A stretch of DNA of 64,000 nucleotides, taken from positions 220,684,863 through 220,748,862 of the forward strand of contig NC_052151.1 in assembly GCF_902713615.1 (NCBI RefSeq), written 5' to 3'. The position numbers and the translations under genes are program-made. Source of the stretch: Scyliorhinus canicula. Lineage: Eukaryota. Within the stretch, counting starts at the first letter, position 1; every line of letters starts with the position of its first letter. Positions 48,571 through 61,928 of this stretch are shown here, in pieces. The notes beneath the pieces are model-generated. The model searched no databases, was not told the DNA's origin, and saw only the letters and a program-made list of their open reading frames with translations.

Positions 48571-49685
48571 CACACTAATATCGGCCCAACCTTGTTCATC
48601 TCATCCTTTCAAGATATAATTATTATATTCTTTATCTCTTGCGTCCGCAGCCGTCTTATATGTAAATTGTCGACTGTTGTCAAAACCCACAGATTCACTA
48701 ATGTCCTTTAGAGAAGGAAATATGCCATCCTTAACTGGTCTGGCCTACTTAGGACTCCAGATCCACAGCAACGTGTCTGACTCTTTCCTACCCCCAGCCT
48801 TGGCACAGGCTACGTTTCATGAACAAATAATAAATACAATAATGCTTCCCATTCTGGGAGGATGTTTTAGGCGATGTGAGCCAAGCTTGCTGTAACGTTG
48901 GCGATATTGAAGTAATGTCGCTGCTTGTGAGCCTTACCTCACAGTTAATCGACCTTGAACAGTTGCCGGTGAAGCCATTTATTTAATATAACTAAACGGG
49001 TAGCTGGTAAATCCACAGACTGGCTTAACGATAACAGCTGTGCTGCAAATCTCAAATCGTTCAAAACGTGTAAAACTGGTAGACTTGCTCTGCTAAAGTG
49101 AAGAAATTAACTGCTGGGTTTTCAAGTTTACCTGGTAGATCCATGGTGAAGATCATTGACCGATATTTTTAGTGCAACACTTATCCGCTTAATAGAGTAA
49201 AAATCTCATTGCTGGCTCTATGGGTTTTGAAAATATGCGTCGGCGCCAATTTTGCAGGATTCTCTGTTAGTGATATACCAATCAGCTCTACTATAATTGT
49301 ACCTCTGTACAGAAAGACAACTGAATGCTCAAACTATTCGACGGTATGTACTTGTGATTTCTCAGAAGAAATACGCCAAAACAAAGCCAAGAGAACCAGA
49401 TAAACGGGTCGCAAACAGCTTCAGAAAAGATAAGTCCCAGTTTCAACAGACGTGGAATTATCTGGTGCTGCATCTCGACTTTGCACAATGGGACAATTAG
49501 GTGTCCCTTCCCTGGAAACTTATTTCCCATTGGTTTAGGCACCTCAGTGTTGCTAATGTCATAAAAGTTATTTGCATTGATGGCACCCCGAATGACGACG
49601 GACGTCGGTTTATTGGCTGGCTTGTGGTTTAGAATATTGGCTAGAGAGTGGTTTCGAAAACCGGGGACCGCTCCTGCTGAGGAAG

Positions 49686-51548
49686 ACCATAAGACCATAA
49701 GACCATAAGACATAGGAGTGGAAGTAAGGCCATTCGGCCCATCGAGTCCACTCCGCCATTCAATCATGGCTGATGGGCATTTCAACACCTACCAGCATTC
49801 TCCCCGTAGCCCTTAATTCCTCGCGACATCAAGAATTTATCTATCTCTGCCTTGAAGCCATTTAGCGTCCCGGCCTCCACTGCACTCCGCGGCAATGAAT
49901 TCCACAGGCCCACCACTCTCTGGCTGAAGAAATGTCTCCACATTTCTGTTCTGAATTTACCCCCTCTAATTCTAAGGCTGTGCCCACGGGTCCTCGTCTC
50001 CTCGCCTAACGGAAACAGTTTCTTTGCGTCCACCCTTTCTAAGCCATGTATTATCTTGTAAGTTTCTATTAGATCTCCCCTTAACCTTCTAAACTCCAAT
50101 GAATACAATCCCAGGATCCTCAGCCGTTCATCATATGTTAGACCCGCCATTCCAGGGATCATCCGTGAGAATCCCCGCTGGACACGCTCCAATGCCAGTA
50201 TGTCCTTCCTGAGATGTGGGGCCCAAAATTGGACACAGTACTCCAAATGGGGCCTAACCAGAGCCTTATAAAGGCTCAGTAGCACATCGCTGCTTTTATA
50301 TTCCAACCCTCTTGAGATAAATGACAACATTGCATTCGCTTTCTTAATCACTGATTCAACCTGCATGTTTACCTTTAGGGAATCCTCGACTAGCACTCCC
50401 AGATCCCTTTGTACTTTGGCATTATGAATTTTCTCACCGTTTAGAAAGTAGTCTATGCTTGGATTCTTTTTTCCAAAGTGCAAGACCTCACATTTTCTCA
50501 CGTTGAATTGCATCAGCCATTTCCTGCACCACTCTCCCAAACTGTCTAGATCCTTCTGCAGCCTCCCCACTTCCTCAGCACTACCTGCCTGACCACCTAA
50601 CTTCGTATCATCGGCAAACTTAGCTAGAATGCCCCCAGTCCCTTCATCCAGATCATTAATATATATGGTGAACAGCTGCGGCCCCAACACTGAACCCTGT
50701 GGGACACCGCTGGTCACCGGCTGCCATTCCGAAAAAGAACCTTTTATCCCAACTCTCTGCCTTCTGTCAGACAGCCAATCCTCAACCCATGCCAGTAGCT
50801 CACCTCGAACACCATGGGCCCTCACCTTACTCAGCAGCCTCCTGTGTGGCACCTTATCAAAGGCCTTTTGGAAATCAAGATAGACCACGTCCACTGGGTT
50901 TCCCTGGTCTAACCTACTTGTCACCTCCTCAAAGAATTCTAACAGGTTCGTCAGGCACGACATCCCCTTACTAAATCCATGTTGACTTGTTCTAATCCGA
51001 CCCCGCTCTTCCAAGAATTTAGAAATCTCATCCTTAACGATCGATTCTAGAATTTTACCAACAACCGAGGTTAGGCTAATTGGCCTATAATTTTCCATCT
51101 TTTGTATTGATCCTTTCTTGAACAAGGGGGTTACAACAGCGATCTTCCAATCTTCCGGGACTTTCCCTGACTCCAGTGATTTTTGAAAGATCTCAACCAA
51201 CGCTTCCGCTATTTCTTCAGCCACCTCTCTCAGAACTCTAGGGTGTAGCCCATCGGGGCCAGGAGATTTGTCAATTTTAAGACCTTTTAGCTTTTTTAGC
51301 ACCATCTCTTTTGTAATGGCAACCATACTCAACTCAGCCCGCTGACCCTCTATAATTTTTGGGATATTACTCATGTCTTCCACTGTGAAGACAGACGCAA
51401 AGTACTTATTAAGTTCTCCAGCCATTTCCTCGTCTCCCATCACTAGCCTTCCGGAATCAGTTTGAATTGGCCCAATGTCTACTTTGGCCTGTCGTCTGTT
51501 TCTTATATATTGAAAGAAACTTTTACTATCATTTCTTCTATTACTGGC
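49686..51548 (-). mobile_element. 5'-truncated young CR1 LINE with open RT region (track ORF 49782-51635)
   Basis: NYRPISLTS, QHGF, DFQKAFD, GVPQGSVLGP, FADD with no stops; (ATGGTCTT)n tail. Confidence 0.93.
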
Positions 51549-52006
51549 CAAGAGGTGGAGCCTGACTCCTTGCGCAGCTCCTGAAAGTGGAAAGGAGGAA
51601 AAAATTGCAACAGGTTGGATGGCCTCAAGAAACACGCCTGAGGATAAAATTTTGGCAGTAAATTACCCAAGCACCTGTCATCGGGGCAGAACACCCATGA
51701 TTGGATGTTTGCAATCATAATTAGATTAGATAGAATAATTGGTGAATAACAATATTCGGTGCAGTCGGATCCGTAATGAGAGGGCAGGAATATAATGTGA
51801 GGGTCGAGAGAGAAAGGAAATCTAATCAGGATATAAACTGAAGAACGGAGAGAATCGTTGTATTTCCCAATTCCCTATTTTTGAATTATTTGTCTATCTA
51901 GACACGTATGCAAGCATATATGCCTCATTATCCGTCTAGCTGTGTGCTAATGCACTAAATATGCTGTATGTAAAAGCTGTGAATTTGTCGTGTCTGAGAT
52001 GGGGCA

Positions 52007-52045
52007 GGTTTTTGTAGCACGGTTCTGCCCGTGTGTGTGTCTGTG
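52007..52045 (-). other. 23-RSS CACAGAC-23-ACAAAAACC
   Basis: Read directly. Confidence 0.93.
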
Positions 52046-53229
52046 CATCACTGGAGGCGCAGAAATACACAGCTGCGTCGCTCGGCTGTAGCTCCTCGAT
52101 CATCAAATTGAAGATACCGTCTGGAGTCTTCTGCGCCTTGAACCGCTTTGTGATTCCTTCCGACCTGGTCGGCTCAGCTCCCTGTACTCCGTACAGTATG
52201 TTGCGGAGCCCTCGGTCCGGCGACTGACGGTACCAGTACATGTAAGCATCAGTCCCGTGTTGGGTGCATGGAAGAGTTACAGAGTCTCCATTTTTCAACG
52301 TTATAGATTTTATGGACTGTAAAATCTTTTGAGACTCACCTAGCCCTTAAAACAAAACAAGAATTATGTGTATTAACCTGGTTTGCGAGGCAATCCGATT
52401 GGAAAACGAAAGTTGAAATAACATTGGATCCTTGTGCAGGGGAAATAATAATAATTATTATTAATGATGTGGAACAGGGAATAAATGGAACAAGGACACA
52501 AGATGTCAATGAACTAATTAAGTGGGGACAGAGGTGCGAAACACAATATTCTGATATCCTATGTTCGCTCAAGCGCTACCCCCATTTACACCATATGCAC
52601 TTTTCAATTAGTAAATTTTCGCGCGATCTAAAACCACACATATAGTTGCCTGGGAGATATTGAACTCGACAATTTACTTTTCAGGGAGCAGCATGGTCTG
52701 TGTTTTTACAAATGGGTTTTCTGAAGCGGCTTTGCCACCGCCACTGCAGATTCGACTGGTGTGTCCTCCATCCCGGGATATTGCCTTTGTTGCCGATACG
52801 TTGTGCAGAAAAATTGATGAAATCTGCAGGTATCTAGCGTTTCCTGCGGCCCCCTTGGTTTCGAATGTTCCTCATGTAAGTATAGAAGTTCCTCACGTCT
52901 GCAATCTTTCAACACACAACTATCCAAACCAATTAAACTATTCGCTTCCTTACGGCACATGGCAAGATCATTGATGGAAGATGTTTCTTTCCCTCCCCCT
53001 GTCGTTCCGTACAGCCCCCTCCCCATCCCACCCCCGCCACCTTCTCGGTTTCCCTCAATCTATTTACGTTATTTCAAGATTCCACCCTCGGTATCTTTAC
53101 TACACGCTTGGTCGACGGGATTAATTTCCATCCAAAATCCCTAATGGCTCCAGGTGGCGGTGACTTCTCGCTTTACTCACCCGACAATAAGAGCAAGATG
53201 GAAATGTAGAGACAGAGCCAAGCCGACAT
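52046..53229 (-). CDS. TRBV: TCR V gene, intact (family 3, CASS type); leader 53181-53229, V exon 52046-52345
   Basis: Leader MSAWLCLYISILLLLS|GTGAGT; TTTTAAG acceptor in phase; ..VTLPC..YMYWYRQ..DAAVYFCASSD. Confidence 0.9.
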
Positions 53230-53330
53230 GATGTCCGACTCAGGGTCTCTGAGCAGAGATTGCGCGGTGAATTGATAGCCCAGAGGCTGGAGGTGAGCGA
53301 CCGCCCGTCTGCAAGTGAAGACGAAACAGT

Positions 53331-53340
53331 GCACGTCATC
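53331..53340. promoter_or_regulatory. CRE-like motif (TGACGTG on minus strand) about 100 bp upstream of the V leader
   Basis: GCACGTCATC on the plus strand. Confidence 0.4.
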
Positions 53341-53603
53341 TCCGAACAAGAGCCTTGCCCTTATTGTTGATGCAGAGGCCCGCCCTTTATTCTCTCATTG
53401 ACATACACGCAATGCCTCCCATTTCGACTGCCCTGCTCCTCCATCTGTCTTCACGCCCGGTGTATTGAGAATCAAGCCCACTTCCGTTTTCTGACGCAGA
53501 GATTTTCTGTGTTGAGTCATCGTGCCGGGTTGGCACCTTGGACAATGTTGATGTTCCGCAATGATCAACCTCATCCCAATTGCATTGAATTGACCGAAAT
53601 TAT

Positions 53604-55350
53604 TAGACCATAAGACCATAAGATCATAAGACGTAGAAGCAGAATTTCGGTCATTCGGCCCATGGAGTTTGCTCCGCAATTCAATCATGGCTGATATTGT
53701 TCTCATCCCAATTCTTCTACCTTCTCCCCATGACCCCTGATCCACTTATTAATCAAGAACCTATCTATCTCTGTCTTGAACATACCCAGTGATATGGCCG
53801 TCACAGCCTTCTGCGGCAAAGATTTCCACAGACTCACCACCCTCTGGGTGAAGAAATTCCTCCTCATCTCTGTTTTAAAGGATCGTCCCATTAGTCTGAG
53901 ATGGTATCTTCTGGCTCCAGTTTTTCCTACAAGTGGAAACATCCACTCCACGTACACTCTTACAGGATACTATCCTCGTAGTATCCTGTAAGTTTCAAAA
54001 AGACCCCCTCCCATCATCCTTGTTAACTGTAACGAGTGCAGAACGAGTCCTGAACCGTTCATCACACGACAAACCTGACAATTCCAGGGATCATTCTTGT
54101 GAACCTACCCTGGAAGCTTTCCTTCTTTAGATATGGGGCACATCCTTCTTTAGATATGGGGCCCAAAACTACTCACAATACTCCAAATGTGGTTTGACTA
54201 GAGCCTTCTACAGCCTCAAAAGCACATCCCTGGTCTTGTATTCTAGCCCAGCTACATGAATGCCAACATTGCATTTGCCTTCTTAACCTGCAAAATAACC
54301 AGAAGAGAATCGTGTACCAGGACTCCGAGGTGCCTTTGTGCTTCTGATTTCCTAAGCATTTCCCAATTTACAAAATAGTCTATATGTTAATTCCTCCTTC
54401 CAAAGTGAATAATATCACACTTTTCCACATTTGATTTCATTTGCCACTTCACTGCCCACTCTCCTAGCCTGTCCAAATACTTCTGCACCCCCTTGCTTCC
54501 TCAATACTACCTGTCCCTCTACAGATCTTTGTATCATCCGCAAACTTAGCAACCGTGCCTTCAGTTCCTTCTTCCAGATCATTCATCTATATTATTAAAT
54601 TTGTATTCCCAGCACAGACCCCTGAGGCACACCACTAGTCACCGGCTGCTACCCTGAAAAAGATCCCTTCATCCCCACTCTCTGCCTTCTTTCAGTCAGC
54701 CAATCTTCTATCCATGCCAGGACCTTACCCTTAACACCATGGACTCTTAACCTATTCATCAATATCCTGTGTGTCACCTTGTCAAAGGCCTTCTGGAAAT
54801 TTAAATAAATCACGTCGACTGGTTATCCTTTGTCTAACTTCCTTGTTACTTCCTCAAAGAACTCGAACAGATTTGTCAGACACGACCTCCCTTTGACAAA
54901 GTGATGCTCACTCAGTCCTATGTTACAATGCACTTCCATGTACTCCACGATCTCATATTTAATAACGGATACTAAAATCTTACCAATGACCGGCTAAGCA
55001 GCCTATAATTTCCCGTCTTCTGCCTCCCTCCGTTCTTGAACAGAGGTGTTACATTAGCCACTTTCCAGTCCGATGGAAACCTTCCTGCCTCTCGTGACCC
55101 CTGAAAGATCACCAACAATGCCTCCTCAATCTCCTCAGCTATCATCCGGACTAGGTGACTTATTCACCTTCAGACCTTTCAGTTTCCCCAGTACCTTCTC
55201 CTTAGTGATTGCCACTGCACTCACCTCTATCCCCTGATTCTCCTGGAACTGTGGCATCCCACTGGTGCGCTGCAGCGTGAAGACTGATGCAAAGTAACTA
55301 TTCAGCTCGTCTGCCATTTCTTTGTTTTCAATCATTAATTCTCCAGCCAC
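53604..55350 (-). mobile_element. Degenerate CR1 LINE 3' portion
   Basis: Similar to 49.7-51.5 kb with the same tail type; many stops. Confidence 0.88.
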
Positions 55351-57228
55351 TTAATTGTACTTAACAAGAGTTACCCAAGAAATAAGTGTTTCATGATGGG
55401 GAAAATATTAAATATTGCTTTTCGGTGAACAGGAAATATGGAGTCATGGTTTATTCCTGTTGTTGGCATCCTTAAAATACATGATATACAAACAAATTAT
55501 TTCCTCTGACGGCTGAGTCCGTTGCGGGTGAAAATAGGAATAAAGTCAGATCAGCTCTCACAAGAAATACAAATTCAGAAAGAATGTTACAGAGGGACAG
55601 AGCCTAGCCTAAAGAGTGAGACTGGCAATCGGAGCAGCCTCTCGTTCTCTCTCTGTATTTACCTCTCAGACTCTCTCTCTCTCTCTCACTCCACAACACT
55701 AACAAGAATGAGTCCCAGAAACGATTTCAACTATTAGATGTTTCAACATTTATAATGTTAACCGTGTTCAGGATCAAGGAAACAAGGCGGGGGGGGGGGG
55801 GGGGGGTTAATTTAAAATATGACGTGATCGAACTGACGAGTAAAAACGAATGGAAAGGCCCCACGGGTCAACAACAAGCTCGAAGAAGTCCAAAGTTTCA
55901 CCAGCTTTCCCGATGTAACAGGTGGGAGGGACGTAGACACCTTTGGTTACTGGGAGTCTGAATGGCATCCTGGTTTTGTGCAGCAGCATTGGCGAAGTTC
56001 AAATACCTCCTCCAATCAAAGAACCACAGAGTTTCACAGCACAGAATTTGCGCCGGCTTTGGCCTGTTACTGAGTAATAAGCCAGGGAACGGCGAATGAC
56101 CCTCATCCCTTTACTGTTCATCTGGCGTGAGCAACTGATTGAACATCCTCCCGTTTCTTCTGACCTTTTATTCCAATTAGACTCAATGTCTGCTGGTAAA
56201 ACTACTGAAAAATATTTCCTAAAGGCAAGACTTACTATTAAATGCAATTATGTGCAAACATTCCCGGGTGTCTTTGATTTGCTAATCTGTCTCACTGCAG
56301 CGATGACTTGTCGAAATATCCGAACAGGACAATTCTAATCACTGCTTGGCCCGTGAGGAACGTAAGGGTGTGATTTTTCGTTGTTGGCAAATACGGATCC
56401 TCTGGATGCGAACTTCCCTTGATCTTTGTGTCTTACTCTATTCCCTTGCCGCCATCTGCTGCTCTGACATTCTCACTGCCGAGCATTTTGTTTTTAAATG
56501 TCTTCTTTCACAGACTGCAGACGTCACTGGAATGGCTGTAATTTGTTGGCTAGCTCGGATTTCCCTTGGACCTAAAATGTTACTCGGCCACCCCAGAGGG
56601 AAAATATAATACAGTCCATTGTGGTGGGGTCAAAGCCAAACATGGGACAGTCGAAAAAGTAGAGCAAATTGTCTTCAGGAAATGGCATTGGTCAGCTCGA
56701 TGTCCTGAGTTGCAACAGTCGGGGAAAGATTCGAGAATGCAATTTTAATTAGAGCACTGTTACATTTTTGACTTTTATGAATTAAGATTAACTTCCACCA
56801 GTTACCCTTCTTGGCTTTGATCCCTTTTCCCAGGGTTGGATTAGTCGCCCAGAACAATGCCATTGCTTCCAGACCCACACGCATGTTGTTGAGTCTTGAA
56901 CGGATCTCCAAGACGTTCAACTGTTACAAATAGTAACAGCCAAATGTGGACATCAGCGAATCAAGAAGGCAGCCAGCCATCACCTTCTCAAGGGAAATTA
57001 GGGATACTCAATAAATATCATTGCAAGCCCACGAGACTCAGAACCCAGGACTAAAAGAGGAAAAGAGGTTCAGAACCACCTTCTCGGTTAGGGGCCATTA
57101 GTCAGGCTGGCCTTGACCGCGAGGACGGAATTCCGTGAAGGAAAAATAATAAATAACGGACAAAAAACGTCTTCACACTTAATGAATTATGACAGCCAAT
57201 AATCGATCAGTCTGGTGTAGTCTCTGTA

Positions 57229-57551
57229 CTTACTATGAAAAGCCACCAAGCCCAAAACTAATGAACGGTTCTTGGAGCGAAGCGGGAGAGCAGTGGCTTC
57301 AGTTCCAAGAAATCTAGCTGCAGAGCATTTCTTCTCATCCAAAACTGGATGCTCATAAATTTTTCCCCACACCGACCCTGAGCGCCGAAATACATAAAAT
57401 GATGACCAAGAAACCATGGCCGCTGCATCAAATATGGGTAAGCACGTTTCCCGAAATGTTTCCCACTGCAGAAACTGCATTTCCACCTGTCCTTCCTTGT
57501 TGATTGACAAACGCGGGAAGCCACTGATGCACCAGAACCTCCCGGTCGCCG
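57229..57551 (-). pseudogene. Degenerate V pseudogene (family 1/4-like)
   Basis: VHQW, then a frameshift to INKEGQVEMQFLQ, YFGAQGRCGEKF, LELKP; TACAGAG heptamer remnant at 57222-57228, about one exon length from the acceptor. Confidence 0.65.
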
Positions 57552-58019
57552 CTTGGAAACAGGTACTCCGCTCAAATGCATTAGAATTACTAAAGGACGC
57601 ACGCGCATCAGTTTTTTCTTCAGTTCTGCAACGTCAACGAGGCAAAGTTGGTCCCTGCTCTGAGTTCCTCAAATTTCCGCAAATCTACCATAACCAACTT
57701 ATGGCGCGCCCACATCTCCATGGGTGCAAATATTAAACGCTAAAATAACACAAGAAATACTTATTTTCTTCATTTCAGAAGGCGCTGCTGCACTGAACCA
57801 TTCAGTTCCTCAATCATCCCATTCAGTTGCAACGATGAGTCACTGAGACGGAATTTAACACACTCGGCAGAAATTAAGCAGCAAAAATATTTTCATTCAA
57901 TTACGTATATGCCGATGGACCTAAGAGACATTTTGGATTGTTCAGGGGTTAGAGGGGGAAAAGTCAGATAAAATGCAAGCGCACAACACTATTAAATCAG
58001 AGAAACTCATAGGGTGCAT

Positions 58020-58265
58020 TTAAATCCATCCGATATTCAATTCTTTCTTTCTGTCTGTCTGTCTTTCTTTCCTTCTGACTGTCAGCCCGTTTTTCTTTCT
58101 CTCTTTCTTTCTTTCTGTCTTTCTTTATAGCTGTCTTTCTTTCTGTCTGTGTATTTCTTTCTTTCTTTCCTTCTGTCTCTCTGTCTGTTTTTCTTTCTTT
58201 CTGTGTTTCTGTCTTTCTTTCTTTCTGCAATTATGTCTTTTGTCACTTTAAATCTTTTCTTTCTG
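58020..58265. repeat. Compound (CTTT/CTGT)n microsatellite
   Basis: Read directly; lies just downstream of an RSS. Confidence 0.9.
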
Positions 58266-58365
58266 CACCGCTGCAAATACATTCATCCTTGTTTCCTGGC
58301 GCACCTGTTCAAAAGCCGAAAGGAACGAAGAAAGGTTCAGGGAAATACGAGTCATCATCTGCGAC

Positions 58366-58404
58366 AGTTTTTGTCAGGGCTTCTGGCGTGTCTGTAGCTC
58401 TGTG
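58366..58404 (-). other. 23-RSS CACAGAG-23-ACAAAAACT
   Basis: Read directly. Confidence 0.95.
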
Positions 58405-59165
58405 CACCATCACTGGCTGCACAGTAATACACCGCCGAGTCGGCTGGTTTAACTCTTTGGACTTTCAAAGTGGACATCTTATCATTCATCGTTCGGGTGA
58501 TCTCAAATCCAGTTTTGAAGACCTCGTCGTATCTAGCGTCGCTACCCTTGTACTGAGACCCGATGAATGTGAACCCTTGTCCAGGGATTTGGCGATACCA
58601 GAGCATGTTATCACGCATAGTGCCATTCTGAAAACAATTTATCTCAGCCTCTTTTTCCAGTTCCACAGCTATGGAATCCGGCCACTGGTGTATCACATCC
58701 GCCAGAGGACACTCTGATCAAAAACAGAGGACATTTTTCATAATCTGATACATTTGAGGAACTAAATTACATTTCCAGTTACTGCCTTGGTAAATATTGG
58801 CAACGAAGAAGTGCGTCACCTGCATATTAGCTTTAAAATACCCAACGCCAACATTTCACTAATCCGAAATATCTGGACTTCCCAGCAAATCAAAAGCTGA
58901 ATAATAAATAACGTAGTTTTTCCGAAGCCATCACTTTCTGGACTTATAAGATAAAGCGACATTAACTGTTATCGATAAATATCTTAATAATACTAAACAT
59001 CTTTTCAGAAGACTATGCAACGATTATCTCAGATCATGGCATCAGCTGATTACACACAACGGGATCCAAATTATTTTCGCGGGAAGTACAACACTTCAAA
59101 ATAGTAAAAGTTATCTTACTTGGAGATAGAAATAGAAGAGCAAAGGCAAGCAAATTGAAATGCAT
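58405..59165 (-). CDS. TRBV: TCR V gene, intact (family 1); leader 59120-59165, V exon 58405-58713
   Basis: Leader MHFNLLAFALLFLSP|GTAAG; ..IHQWPDS..INC..MLWYRQIPG..DSAVYYCAASDG. Confidence 0.92.
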
Positions 59166-59227
59166 GTTTGCCGGAAATCGATGCGATAATGTTTGTCTGA
59201 GGGCTGAGGACGATGATTTTGAAGGGT

Positions 59228-59257
59228 ATGCAAATTTCCACGTCATATCCGGTAGTT
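59228..59257. promoter_or_regulatory. Octamer (59228-59235), CRE half-site CACGTCA (59239-59245) and degenerate ETS
   Basis: Read directly upstream of the leader. Confidence 0.62.
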
Positions 59258-60460
59258 GTTCAAATATATTTAAATAAGGAGTCTCCATGTCTCGAGCACC
59301 TCATGTTCGAAGGTGACGTGGTCTATGTTCAAACCCCTTTTCTTTATTTGAAGTTTGGCCACTGTTCCGTTATTGAAACATTGCAACCCCTCTGGGCAGA
59401 ACAATGTCCAACCACCAACTCTGTGGCCGGAGATAGATTATTTCTGGTTATTGATTTTGATTGAGGGGCATCGAATGCTGTGGAGATTAGTCGAAGGTGG
59501 GAACTCGTCGTTTCAATAACGCGGACCGTTATATTCGCTCAATTAAGAGGGAGGGCAGAGCCTTTGTTTAATTCTCTCCTTAGGACTACTCCATCCATTA
59601 TCCAGTATTCCCTCAACCGCATGAAAGTGTAACAGCGAACTAGCCGCTCAACCAATGACTTTGTTTGGTCAGTCGAAATAGAATGTTAGAAATGATAGGG
59701 GGCTCCGTTATGTGTGTGAATCGAGAATCTGTACTTTTATAGTCGACCGGGAATTGGTTAGAGGGAGATTCACCTCGATTGGACAACTGTTGAGAATTAC
59801 TAACACTGTGGAGAGACTCAAGGATGGAGCAGAGCAAGTTAAAAGAAGGAGAGAACAGGGAAGCAATGCAGACACCGGGACAAAGTACAAACTCCAGACA
59901 GCCACCCAAGGGCCGAATCGATCCCGGGTTTTAGCCGTGGTGAGTGTTAACCACCGGTGGTTAGTATAAAGTACGTGCCGTACCGCCCCAATCAGCACCA
60001 TTTCATGGTCAACAACAGAACATGTATCTTGGGAAAGAGAGTAACACGCATATGGATCTTTCTCTGTTTCTCTTTCCCTCTCACCCAGGAGATTACAAGA
60101 ATGTGATTAATACGTATGGGTTGCTCAGGGAAGCAGGAGACAACAATAGAATGTCAGACCTAACATGACATAACTGACGAGCAGGAGACACACGAGATAT
60201 CGTGGAATCGCGTTCTGCTATTGATTTGCAATAGGTTTGAAGATGTTGAATGGTTGACCACATGTTCTTGTGTAACAGGTCAGAGTAAGGGATACTGCAG
60301 TTAACCTGTGGTTTCAGGAGTCTGAAATGGCTCTTTCTGCCGTTGAACAACGTTGAGAGACATAAATGAGCAGCTCGTATTTCTGTGTAGTAAGCGATAG
60401 AAGGCTGACCCAGCCTCGTCCTTTTGCAATTTAAATGGTTCAAGGAACTGAATGAGCCTT

Positions 60461-60802
60461 AGAACATAGAACAGTACAGCACAGAACAGGCCCTTCGGCC
60501 CTCGATGTTGTGCCGAGCAATGATCACCCTACTGAAGCCAACGTATCCACCCTATACCAGTAACCCCCCCCCCCCCCAATTAACCTTATTTTTTTAGGAC
60601 ACTAAGGGCAATTTATTACAGCCAATCCACCTAACCCGCACATCTTTGGACTGTGGGAGGAAACCGGAGCACCCGGAGGAAACCCACGCACACACGGGGA
60701 TGACGTGCAGACTCCGCACAGACAGTGACCCAGCTGGGAACTGAACCTGGGACCCTGGAGCTGTGAAGCATTTATGCTAACCACCATGCTACCGTGCTGC
60801 CC
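60461..60802 (-). mobile_element. Full-length HE1-like SINE
   Basis: Close reverse complement of 8046-8381. Confidence 0.93.
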
Positions 60803-61039
60803 AAATAATTTCTTCAGATGTATCCTAATGTTCTGCGCCTGAAATCAGAAGAACTGACGATGAAGGTATTTATGGATCTGTTGTGACTTTGCTCAGTATA
60901 AGCCGCCCATGTTTGACAAAGGATATAGTGGAAACACAGCGCCACCTCGTGGCGGAATGTAGTAAGATTAAATAAGTTCATTTTTTCCCTGGTTCAGGGA
61001 GGTCTGGGTCCACAATATGTGAGGGTATTTTGTCTGACG

Positions 61040-61340
61040 AGGAGTCTGAAGCGCAACGCCTTTAACGCTTCACATAAAAATGTACAAAATACATCCCCCA
61101 ATCGCACCACATCTTCCTTTGACGCTGTTGCCCTTCAGAGTCGAGTTCTTATTTTCAATAATTTTCAGAACCAAAAATCCGCCTTCTGAACGTTCTTTGA
61201 ACCAACCATGGGTACCCGTCAAATTGGGCCGAATAACAAGAGGCCTTTTCTGGTGGGCGGAATATATCGTCTCCGGTTATCAGGATGCCCCCTTTCCACA
61301 GTGAGAGCATTTAAACGTGTCCTTGGTTCTCTTCAATGAG
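61040..61340 (-). pseudogene. Degenerate V pseudogene
   Basis: Manual translation ..EGGFLVLKIIENKNSTLK.. aligns with FR3 KSGFVITRSAENRTSTLK; ACAAAATAC nonamer-like remnant. Confidence 0.5.
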
Positions 61341-61928
61341 AATATGTATGCAGAAGGGCAATAATAATATTCATATTTCTGCATTTTCACTTGAATGCAA
61401 TGGTCACAGTCTTTATATAATGTCAAAACCACTTGTGTGCCCATAAACAGTCCTCTCGTAAATAATTATTTCTTGATTTGAACACGCCTCACTTTAACTA
61501 CTTGATAAACGTCGTTAACCATCCAATTAGTTGCATAGGCCAATAATTGCGACTGTTCTGAAAAGGGTCTAGTCGCATCTTTGCAGAGGAATCCGATAAA
61601 TACTTTGACGACATGTTTGGGGGGTGGTGGAGGGGGAGGGGTTCAGGAAGATACATCGGTTGATTGCACACCGAACATTCTGTCACCAGCGGTCTTGCAC
61701 GACTGCTATAAAATCCGCCCTGACATTTCAGTTGTCTTCTGTGTTTTTTTACACATCTTTTTTGTCTGTCTTTACGTGTACACTGGTTCCCGTTCATCCC
61801 CTCTTTCTATATATACATAAACTATTTATTGTTTTCATGATGAACCGGATTTTAAAGCGGAAAGGAACGAACTTGCTGTCGGTGGGAGGGGTCTGGATTC
61901 ACCAACGCAGAAGACGTTGGTCGATGAA

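Noticed and set aside
52311-52340. Apparent 23-nt GTGAGT...TTTTACAG intron in the family-3 V
   Set aside because: Too short to splice, and it reads in frame as GESQKILQ; the real acceptor is at 52346 and the leader at 53181-53229
57997-58397. Lys/Arg/Glu-rich ORFs
   Set aside because: Translations of the microsatellite
1748-60580. Numerous long poly-G/poly-C runs (e.g. 1748, 7076, 15911, 16822, 30360, 55787)
   Set aside because: Mostly inside repeats; homopolymer length is unreliable and no functional inference is supported
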